A DNA stretch of 61,479 bases, the filler included, from Dugesia japonica (lineage: Eukaryota), in assembly GCA_001938525.1 (NCBI GenBank). It is 6 parts of 6 records of this genome, joined end to end, with 100 filler letters (N's around TTAATTAATTAA, not from the genome) between each part and the next. Parts side by side here need not be neighbours in the genome. Positions count along the whole stretch, not along the records: positions 44,585 to 53,228 come from MQRL01563892.1; positions 53,329 to 61,479 come from MQRL01591260.1; 4 more parts are not named here. One strand, written 5' to 3'. Below are positions 51,304-61,479 of the stretch, piece after piece. A program made the position numbers and the translations under genes. How positions within the stretch are numbered: the first letter of the stretch is position 1; each line of letters starts with the position of its first letter. The notes below the pieces were generated by a model. It did no database searches, had not been told where the DNA came from, and worked only from the letters and a program-made list of their open reading frames with translations.

Positions 51304-53136
51304 CTTCCAAATTTTAAAATGGTGTCTTTTAATATTATACGTGTGTTCAGTAATAAGTCTAAGAATCCTTGTAGAGAGGTTTCTAAGCTTTTATAAAAAC
51401 ATGAGTGTAATAAGAGTGTTGCCACATACTTTGGAGAGATATCTCGTCATCTCTGTAAAAGAATTCAGGAACATAGTCGCTTAGGTAGTCGGAATAATAT
51501 TGCAGAACATAATATTCAGTGTAGATCAGTTATAAATATTATTAATTTCAAATTTTGTACAAAAATTTTAAAGATTATTTGTAAAATATTATGTGCAAGG
51601 CATTGATGATTAGATCATATGATCCAAAAATTAATGTTCAAACTGGTGTCAATAAATATTTTTTTGAATGTATTTAATTAATTGGAATTTTATTGAGACT
51701 ATTTGGTATATATATATATACTATTTTTTAAGTCCAAAGTTATTGTGATAAAAAAATATTTAACTAAATGACGTGTTATATTATTAGTAATTATTGTTAA
51801 TTATTAATAATTATTAATTAAAAGTTTTTATAAATATATTGTAAAATTATATAGTTATTAATTATACATATTCATAGAAATTCTAATTCTAAAGAAACAA
51901 TCAACAGATGGAAGTCAATAAATATATTTATTAAAACCATAATTTCACATTGATAAATTCACACTTTACTGCCCAAATATTATTCCCAATATCAACTCAG
52001 ACAACATATCTTCTCCAATGGAAAATGTGAATATTAACATCAATTTTGTGAGAATTTATTTCGGTTTTATCTGTCAAGATACTGACTGAGCTCGAGTAAT
52101 CTTGTTCTCTATCAGCAATAAAACCCGGAACGCCTATTTGTTGAATTAATAATTTTCATGCCAATAATGCCCCATTGTTTAGATTTGCAAATATTTCTTC
52201 AAATTATTTTGCCAGCCAAATTTTGATAAATAAATCATTTTTTTTAAAATTAAATACTTATTCCATTTAATTGGAATTTGCAATTAAATTACCAACTCCA
52301 GCGAATAATGAATCGTTAATATTCAGATTATAATTTGTTATAGAACGCATAATAATATTTTTTACAGAGCTTTGTAGAATTAAATCGGTAATTTAACGAA
52401 GGAAAAAACAATCGCAATTGAACGGGAAATGATTGAATGAATGAATGAATGAATAATCATCATCATCCAGTATCAATTTCAATGAATTACATTTTGTTAA
52501 AAATAGAATATTCTCACTGAAATTTTCTGTGATCATTTTATGGTTGATAAGTTATTGATGCATGATTTGTTTGAGTTAGGGAAAGTTGTAGAAAAATTAT
52601 TTTATGAGTTGTGTAAAATTTTATAATCAAAAAAAGCAAATTAAAAATAAAATAACTTATCAAATCTAAATATTAAATAATCAAATATACTAGTTAATTA
52701 CTATTGTCAAACTTTATCAAGCTCTTTAGAAGAAATTTGTCTTAAAATACAAACTCGGAACAAATAAGAAATGATTAATTAATAGACTTTGATTTCATGG
52801 GAAAATTTTTGAAAAGGTTTTTATTATATTTATGAATAAAATTTACGAAATAAATGAAATGTAATAATAATTATAAGAATAAATATGAAAAATAATAAAT
52901 GAACAATAAACTTGTAAATAATAATATTGACAAAGTAAATTTTGAATTATTAATAATTTAGAACGATATTAGAACATATCCGATGTTACTTGGTAATATT
53001 ACTATTTATTATAGGTATATTTATTATTAGTAGATTTATTAATTTCAAAAAAATAAAAAGTATAGTTTAAAATCCAAAAAATAATTGTAACTTTTTCAAA
53101 AAAATAATTGAACACCATTTTTTAAAATATTTATTA

Positions 53137-53178
53137 AGTGCGATCAATGTCAACGGAATAACCGTCATCATCAAGATA
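53137..53178 (-). ncRNA. Degenerate minimal hammerhead-like motif related to 14895-14935
   Basis: CTTGATGA-T-GACGG-TTATT-CCGTT-GACA-TTGA-TC followed by AATAAA; GAAA is mutated to GACA. Confidence 0.35.
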
Positions 53179-53228
53179 ATTAAAGAATATTAAAACAAAT
53201 ATTTACAAAGTTTAAATGACTATATAAT

Positions 53229-53328
53229 NNNNNNNNNNNNNNNNNNNNNNNNNNNNNNNNNNNNNNNNNNNNTTAATTAATTAANNNNNNNNNNNNNNNN
53301 NNNNNNNNNNNNNNNNNNNNNNNNNNNN
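53229..53328. other. Artificial contig-joining spacer
   Basis: 44 N + TTAATTAATTAA + 44 N. Confidence 0.97.
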
Positions 53329-54329
53329 TAATATTAATGGGTTAATTACTCCAATCATTGACAAGATTAATTATTGTCAAAATATAACCAATTAGCCCCC
53401 ATGGTAGTAAAATGATGACTTAAGTTTATATTTTTTATTATTAATTTTTATTTACTTAAAACACGTACGGTCATCATATGAGTACAACTGATATTATCAA
53501 GGTTATCTCTACATGTAGGTAAATAAATATTTTTTAATTATTTTTTACTTCATTTTGATGATTACTTAAAGCTATTTCAGCAAATAATTTTGAAAAGAAA
53601 TCTGGGTCTTAGTGGGTTAAGGCGGAATATTTATTATATCATAAGAATCTTAATTTAGTTACTGTACAATTTCTNNNNNNNNNNNNNNNNNNNNNNNNNN
53701 NNNNNNNNNNNNNNNNNNNNNNNNATTATGTTTTTGAACCGACACCTAAATTTTATTTTTATACTTTATCATTTATTCTTCATAAAATATTCTTTTAATG
53801 AAATTGAATTAATGACATTTTTATTTTAATTCATTTTATTTATAATCGAATGATGACATTTGTTTAAATGGAAATAAAATTTGTATAACTTAATTAATAT
53901 TTNAAAAATCTAACAAATAAATTTTTAAAAATAATTTAATTCATTATTTAGGTAATCGATTTCATCATTATTATTGTCGATTTTATAAATATTTATCACC
54001 AGAATAAAATTTAATTTAATCTGGCACAGACAACTAAATAAATAAATAATTTCAGAAATTTAATTTTATTTTCATTTATAATTGAAATGGTGTTAAATTA
54101 AATTATTTGATATTTCATTTATTTGATCATTAAATTTTTTATTTTAAATTTTATCCACTAGATTTGATTCATTACTAAATGTATTTTTATTTATACTTGT
54201 AATAATATTCAATTTCAATTTACAGAGTTTATACCCACATCTTGAATTTTTGAAATTTAATTTCGAATTATGTAAATCAATTTAAAATTATTATTAAGTT
54301 TACAATTCCTTAAATGATTTCAAACGATA

Positions 54330-54730
54330 TAAGAAGAGGGTCAATTGATTCATATTTGAATGACCAATCAAAAGAAATTTTTACAATATTCTTTTATCAA
54401 CAATATATTCAATTATTAACGTCTATTTACAAGAAGAGCGTGTTCAGAGTAAGCTGAAGGCTGGTCCTAGGAAAGAAGTAATAAAGGAAGAGCAAGTAGC
54501 GGGAATTAAAAATTGTATAACACTTGCAGCATTAAGACAAAAGTTAATTGATACATATAATGTTTCAGTAACAGCAGTGTATAATTATGTTAATGGTTTC
54601 GGTTATTCACTTATAATATTAACATTGATTCCGTCAAGAAGAAACGATGAGTAATCAATAGAAACAGGGTCTACTTAAGCCAGACGTTTCCTTGAAATTT
54701 TAAGTTTACATGATGATAATAATTTTTGAC
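54330..54730 (+). pseudogene. IS630/Tc1-like transposase N-terminal relic
   Basis: GPRKEVIKEEQ...CITLAALRQKLIDTYNVSVTAVYNYV..FGYSL.....IPSRRND. Confidence 0.5.
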
Positions 54731-56164
54731 AATTGTCAAAATACAACATTCTTCGTTGATTTTTTTCTAAAACTATTTTCATTTAAAAATTTTTATTTTT
54801 TTTATGGAAACATTTGGTGCAGATTAGAATAATGTAAAAATAAAATTAAAAGCAATGTTTTAATTCAATAAACAAAATAAATCTCCACTATAAATATCAT
54901 GAAATGTATTTAAAAAACTAAAAAAATTACAATTGTTAGGTGAGTTTGAAGTACTCATAAAAGAATTAAATTCACAACTTGATTCCATTAAAAATTTGTT
55001 CACAATACAAAAACAAAGACCATCATTAATTTTTATTCAAACAAATTAAAAATTATGTGCTAAGTTGGAAATCTCAATCTTTTTAATTTATTAAAATTTA
55101 AAATAAAATATTTATTTATTCCAAATATTAAATTTTTCAGTTAAAACACTTTCGAAAATTTTAAAATAAAATACGTTTTTTTTTATCCAAATATTTTAAT
55201 TTATCAGTCATTTAAAAGAGTCTACAATAAATTATTTATATAAATATTTAAATTGATTCTTAATATTTGCCTAAAAATTTAATATTCCTTATTCACATTT
55301 TTACCAACGTAATTTCTTACCAATTACAATTTTTTTAATTTTCAAAAACAATTTTAAGAAAAAGTTTTTCAATCAAAATATTAAAAATTTCAATCCGCTT
55401 TTCAAAACATACTTACAACAATTATTAAAAATAAATATAAAATTTAAAAATGTATTTTAATTGATTTTTGAATTAATGAACAAGCAGAATTTTGTTTCGT
55501 TAGACAACATAACCTTTTCCCTAGTTTTGTGCACTCTGATTTCTGTATAGTTTGCATAACGTAATTTGATCTGCAATATTTCATTTCGAGAGAATAAATT
55601 TCTTTGTTGATTGTCTGATTGGGAGCTAAGAATCATTAGAAAGGCGCCTTCCGATGGTACCTGCAATTAGTCTCAAGTCATTTAGTTGATTTCCCGTAAA
55701 CTGCGATCTTTAGCAAATCCCATTTTCTCATACTTTTTTAAAAATGGATGACACAGATTAAAACTGTATGCCTAGTTGATAATCAATTTCCTTACGAGTC
55801 TATTCTTCTTTTAATACAATAACATATGTCCTGGTCTTAATACATATCTACATTAGTAACAAACTTTGTAAAAATTACATGATAAATAACTTTTTAAAAA
55901 AATTAGGAAAAAGAGTACTGGGCATAAAAATCACATAAATGTATTGTAATGTCTCAAATACTTCAAATAATATTTAAATTCAATAAACATACATAATTTA
56001 TGAAATAGAAATAAATATATGAATTTCGGATGGTATTAAAAAGGTATAAATACTTTTGACCACTAGTGTATATAAATTTTGAATCATTTTAATATCCTTT
56101 TGTCTTTATAAAAGAAAATAGTGTTTTATCAAGTGAAATAAAAATGAAATTTATTTTTGATTAG

Positions 56165-56308
56165 CTCAAAGGCAGCCAAAATAATCAGAAAGCTCATATT
56201 GAACAAGAATCTGAAATTATTCTTCGACCACTAATGGAGTATTTTGATGCAAGTTTATCTACTTTGACTTCAATTTGTGAGAAAACTGTTTTCAAACGAC
56301 TTTTGAAA
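56165..56308 (+). CDS. unc-13: UNC-13/Munc13 exon (MUN domain)
   Basis: ILRPLMEYFDASLSTLTSICEKTVFKRLLK; AG/GT bounded. Confidence 0.92.
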
Positions 56309-56361
56309 GTATTTTTTATAATTAAAAACAGAAAATCGTTACAATTCTATTATAATTTTAG

Positions 56362-56433
56362 GAATTGTGGAAAATAACAATGCATAATTTGGAGAAACAA
56401 GTCGTTCTTCCACCATTAAGTGATCCGAGACAA
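56362..56433 (+). CDS. unc-13: UNC-13 exon
   Basis: ELWKITMHNLEKQVVLPPLSDPRQ. Confidence 0.92.
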
Positions 56434-56699
56434 GTAATTTTTATATATTTTTGATNCAATTGGATAATTACATTGGTGTTTAATGTGGTTATGTGTGGAA
56501 CATATTTTACAGTATCTCTATGGTAGTTTTAAATTTGAATTTAAAATACTTCACAATTCCAAAATAGACCAAACTAGCATACCAACTTTTATTTCACTTA
56601 TGTTGTTTCCACATTGTTTTAAATAAGGATTAATAATTAGAACATTTTGTTAATCATATAATGAATGCCCTTTTCGAAAACTCAGACTGTGTGAAAACT

Positions 56700-58200
56700 A
56701 TTGATAAGTCTTTTTTCATAAATTTTTGTCAATATACAAAATTCCACGATTTATTTCAGCATCTTTCATCGTCTAGCCCTTTTTTCAGTCAATTATTTTC
56801 AAAGGCTATTTATTGCAATCTTGTGTGAACATTTTATACAATTTATTTTAATGGTTTTAATTATTCATATGAACGGTCGTCATTAAAAATGTTCAAAAAC
56901 ACTCTAATAACAATTCCAACTTTTGATTAGGGATTCTAAAAATGTAGTTCGTGTCAAAAGATGTTTAGTTGTATGTTTTTATAAATATAAATCCCATAAA
57001 ATTATGGTGGTTATAATCAACGGATAGTTTAACCCCCTCCCTTTGGTTTGGGTTCCTTGATTCTCGTTTTATGCTGGCACACAAAGTGAATGACTATATC
57101 TACGAAGCTTTATTCTATTTACTTTTTCATTCTCTAGATGGTGGTGATGGACTTCAATTACAACTTTCGAGAGCGTTTAATGGCTATGATAAAATACTAC
57201 AATTGACTACTTATGTCAACTAATTTCTACTACTTTATTATCTGCAAAGATTTAGTTTAAAAATTAAAACTAAAAAATACAACCTTTCACTCCCAAGAAT
57301 TACTATTGTATTCGTTTTAATATCATGTATTTTTTTGTTTGTCAATAAATTCACGTAGATTTTTGTACGAAATATTAGTTTGAACTATATTAAGGATTTT
57401 CAGCTCTTTTCGGCAAATAGTCTGGCCATCCCTGCTATATTAACTAAATTTATTTCAAACACAGTCATTAAATATTAAGCATTTAAATTATAAACATAAA
57501 AAATTCAACAAAGATAAAATAAATGGCCCAACACAGTTTAACAAAGTGTCATTAGATTTAGAATTGATAAACACAATTTCAACCTTTTTATCGAAATAAA
57601 TATTATTACCAAGCAAAATTTTATCAATTGTCTACGAAGTCAACGAATTTAAAAATTGTTTACTAAATCCGTTTACTTGCCGTAACATTAAACATAAACA
57701 CATCAGTATTACGTACAAAAGATTTTGAGATGAAGTTTTCAAACTCAAAACTATCTTTACATTCCAAAATTTGATTCACTAATGGTTTCTATTTAGAATC
57801 CATAAATATCGAGATTTTAAACTGTGTTAATCAAACCATAGATAAAGCTAGTCGCATAGGAACTCCAGTTTTGATGGACTTTAGGTAAACCATAAAATTT
57901 GCTGGTAGCCATTTCTTTTGAAATATAACCATTTTTTAAGAGATTATTTAATACATATTCTTCATTTTTCATTGGTGACAATTTTCTATTTTTCAGGATT
58001 TTGTCAATCTATAAAAACTGTGGTCCATTTAAAACTGTTTCCATCTTGACAAATAATCAAAATCATTTAAAACCACTTAGCCATTACCTTTATCAAATTT
58101 GCAAATATTTACACCTTTATTCAAAATACCCTTCAACACTTTAAAATCATTAGTATCCTGTTTCGAATTCTTATTTATACTCAGTTGTAGTTTTAGCTAA
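56700..58200 (-). mobile_element. Penelope-like element relic in an unc-13 intron
   Basis: ICKFDKGNG.VVLNDFDY and FYGLPKVH.TGVPMR; RIKE-like GIY-YIG remnant near 57060. Confidence 0.65.
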
Positions 58201-58269
58201 CTCATTTTTCAAAACGCAAAAACCTAATTTTTTATTTAATGAGACCTATTCAAATAATATTCGTATAAC

Positions 58270-59565
58270 TAGTGTTTATCATTTCCTGGCAAATAATAAT
58301 TCCAGTGGAATAGAATATTTCGAAGTTATTCCCGTCAAAAAACCAGGTTTTAATATTTACTAATTAAAATAAATTTATGGTTTTGAAAAAACAATTAAAA
58401 TATTCATTTCTTTTTTCATTAAAACGAAAAACTTAATTATTAATAGAACGAAAAAATTTTATTTATCAGATTAGTTTTTAAAATGAGTTCTGAGACAAAC
58501 TAGCACATTAACCGAGTTGTCGTTGAGTCGTATCCTAATTTTGGTGACGAAAAGGCCAGCAGGCGAAAATAATCCACTTTCCACTGAGGTTGGTTTAATG
58601 CAAAGAAGAACATCTAAGAGCATTTTTAAAATTTTTTTTTTATTTTCCACTGGTTTCAAATTAATTAAATTATTTTAATATAATCTTATATTCTGTATCT
58701 GCAGTATTTTGTTTTTTGATGCTCCTATTTATAGCGCTTTTTAGCTTTCGTTTCAAAACAATCACTGGTATTTCTGCATCTATATAGTTTTCGGTATCGG
58801 AAATCAATACGCTATTTTCATTTCCAAGTACAATGGTATCTTAAATGATGTTAACTGGAAATGGGCGGTTTAACAATTCTTTAGATAATTTAATTATTTC
58901 AGATTTCGACAAAATTTCAAAAAAAATTATCATCTTGTTTAGAATACAATAAACTTGAATTATTGAGGGTACTTTACCAATGAAAAAAAAATTTTTGGTC
59001 TTGGAGTTATAATGCTCAACTTAAAATTTTGTAATAATTCTTGAGAATTGAATTATCCAACACATTTAACTTTTCTATTAGAAACGATAGAATCCACTCA
59101 CTTTTTATTTAATTCAAATCATATAGACATAACATAATTAATCGACGTAAACAAGCAATTAATGCACTTACTATTTGGAATAGTTTATCTCCCTTCTAAA
59201 GTAGATATGTAGCATTAATTTCCCAGACTTTCTAAAATTGGATTTCGAATTTGCTCAAATCTTTCTAACATATCTAACAAATTATTTCACCTAATTTTGT
59301 AACTTTTTAAAATATAAAGAGTAAAGACNCATACGAGCTTTGACTTTTCAAATATTTATGTTGCGCAGCTACATAATCACGAATACAAGAAAGTCAATGG
59401 TTACTTTGTTTTCAAATGTTTTGTTAAAAAAACAAGTAGTTTTGAATTATTTACTTTTCATTTAATGATAAATGTTAAAAATAATTCCGGGAATTGAATT
59501 TTTTTCTTGGGAAATCTGGAACGAGAAATCCAGAAGAAAAACCGTAAATTTAATTTAATACTAGA
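58270..59565 (-). mobile_element. hAT transposon relic in an unc-13 intron
   Basis: LLCIKPTSVESGLFSPAGLFVTKIRIRLNDNSVNVLVCLR (hAT dimerisation domain); short TAGT(G/A)TT terminal inversions. Confidence 0.75.
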
Positions 59566-59995
59566 CTAATTTGTAAACCTATCAAACTTTCTTTTAATAC
59601 TATGTTTTGGTCTGAATTATTGATAATTTTTAATAATAAATTGAGTTCATATACACTTAGGTTAACATTGCTTAAATTTAAATATTAATCGTAAATAAAT
59701 AGTTTGTATAAATCATTCGTTTTTTTTAAAAATTGATTTCATTGTGCTAAATTGTTGGTTTCCCCGAAGATTAAATGGTATCTAAAAAATAATATTAGCA
59801 CTAAATTGAAGTATTTACGTGATGGAATACGTGTTGTTAGCATTGAAATGAAAATGGAAAATTTAGTCTTGATTGCTCGTGTAGATAAAAACCTTTTAAA
59901 TACAAAATAAAGAAATGCATATTCCTTAATTAATTTTATATTTTTAATTTATATTGCTTAATTAATTACTAGAAATTTTCATTCATTATATATGG

Positions 59996-60459
59996 CAGGC
60001 CTGGCCCGTCGTAGTTTTTTACTGAAATTAATTTTTTTTTTGTAAAAAAATTTTAATACATGAAAATTGGCGTGTTTCTTTGATATAATGCGAAAATGTT
60101 AATAGAGGATTTTAATGCGATATCTTATTGAGAACTGATTCTGAGCGCGAATAGTGAGAAAGCATTGTTTTTTCTTAATTTAGTTTAGCTATATTCTGCA
60201 GGACGATTCTGTTAATTTTGATTTATCAGATTTGTTTTTGGCATACTGTCATGCTCACTGAAATATCTTATTTTCTTTCAAGAAATTATAAAACTCTTTC
60301 ATGTAAATAAATTTTTTCTAATGTAAATAAATTCAAAAATATATATTCATATAAGTTTTTCTTTCAAAAATAATAAAAAAAAATTTGATTTTGGATATTT
60401 ATTACATATTAAATTTTTTAAAAAAATGGCCTTGAAACTATTAAGGTTTGCCAGGCCTG
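59996..60459. mobile_element. hAT-type MITE
   Basis: TIR CAGGCCTGGC / GCCAGGCCTG; 8-bp TSD ATATATGG / ATAAATGG (7 of 8 match). Confidence 0.75.
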
Positions 60460-60665
60460 ATAAATGGGATTTAAAATGTTAATTTTTTTCATGAAAATAA
60501 TTTTGTTATTGTAATTTTTTGATATGCTCATCTATTTTATAATGTCTCATTTTTTTCTAAATAATTTTTTATTAAATAATTTTTGTGTTTAACGTGATAA
60601 TTTTATTTTAGTCTAAATATAATTTTACACTTTCGATAATATTTCATCAAATTTATATTTTACAG

Positions 60666-60776
60666 TTATTCCTTAGCCTTAATATTCCAACTAATGCTCA
60701 AGCAAAAATAGTTGGGATGTCACAAAGTATCATAAGTCATGTGAGCAACCAAATGCCTTCTAGTAATTTTTTACAA
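60666..60776 (+). CDS. unc-13: UNC-13 exon (variable loop)
   Basis: Phase 0-0, open, AG/GT bounded; LFLSLNIPTNAQAKIV...NFLQ. Confidence 0.75.
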
Positions 60777-60825
60777 GTAGTCTAATTATTCTACTAATTA
60801 AACAAAGTTTAATATTATTAAAAAG

Positions 60826-61051
60826 GATATTTCAAAAGAAGTTGAGAAAAATCTTAGTCCAAGACAATGTCAAGTGATAGACATCGCATTAGATACAATT
60901 AAAACATATTTTCATGCTGGTGGAATTGGTCTAAAGAAAAGTTATTTAGATAAAAGTCCAGAATTACAATCATTGAGATACGCTTTATCTCTTTATACTC
61001 AGACTACAGATGCTTTAATAAAGAATTTTGTAAGTACTCAGACTTCCCAAG
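60826..61051 (+). CDS. unc-13: UNC-13 exon (MHD2)
   Basis: [57 protein letters not shown]. Confidence 0.97.
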
Positions 61052-61098
61052 GTTACAATTTAATAAATTAAATTTGCTTAATTTCAATAAAAATTTAG

Positions 61099-61194
61099 AT
61101 AAGCCAGCAGTAGAAGAACAAGTTGGAGAAGTATCAATCCAAGTTGATATCATGAAGCATCCAAGTAGCGGAGAGTATAAAGTCACGGTTAAAG
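61099..61194 (+). CDS. unc-13: UNC-13 exon (start of C2C)
   Basis: VGEVSIQVDIMKHPSSGEYKVTVK. Confidence 0.93.
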
Positions 61195-61243
61195 GTATTT
61201 GAATACAAATTTTTATAGAACACATAATAATTCAAAATTTTAG

Positions 61244-61403
61244 TTGTTGCCGCAAATGAATTAAAATGGAATACAACTAATATGTTTAGACCATTTATTG
61301 AGGTTGTTCTAATTGGACCAGCATTAAAAGATAAGAAGCGAAAATTTGCTACTAAAACGAAGTCAAACAATTGGTCTCCAAAATTCAATGAAACATTTAC
61401 ATT
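61244..61403 (+). CDS. unc-13: UNC-13 exon (C2C domain)
   Basis: [47 protein letters not shown]. Confidence 0.95.
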
Positions 61404-61479
61404 GTTGGTTCACAATTTTTTATTAAAAATAATCCAATTTTTTTTGGATAATTACTTAAGTTTTAATGTCAATTGTTAT

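Noticed and set aside
55457-55860. Possible LTR-element gag/protease relic
   Set aside because: Only weak hints; no motif I can support
36119-61479. Apparent cluster of neuronal genes (SLC6, CUB/SOL-1-like, unc-13)
   Set aside because: Each gene lies on a different contig separated by artificial spacers

Overview
Very AT-rich eukaryotic (metazoan) DNA. The neuronal genes, ~50-nt GT-AG introns and the 18S fragment are compatible with a triclad flatworm, but that assignment is only an inference. The window is not one locus: five identical 100-nt spacers (44 N + TTAATTAATTAA + 44 N) join six unrelated contigs, so nothing should be inferred across them. Host genes appear only as partial exon sets: a CIB-like EF-hand exon, an SLC6 transporter, a CUB-domain protein and unc-13. 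Most of the rest is decayed mobile DNA: Gypsy LTR relics (one with both LTRs, a tRNA-Leu PBS and a PPT), Penelope-like elements, hAT, Merlin and Tc1 relics, MITEs and a dispersed 18S rRNA pseudogene. The most notable content is a decayed Polinton/Maverick (adintovirus-like) endogenous virus with PX-like, chromo-integrase, penton and protein-primed PolB genes. It is accompanied by a repeated 5'-AGTAG...TAGCGCAC terminus family, tRNA-like Pol III boxes next to those termini, and several minimal hammerhead-ribozyme-like motifs. All protein-family calls come from manual motif recognition, not database searches, and mobile-element boundaries are approximate.
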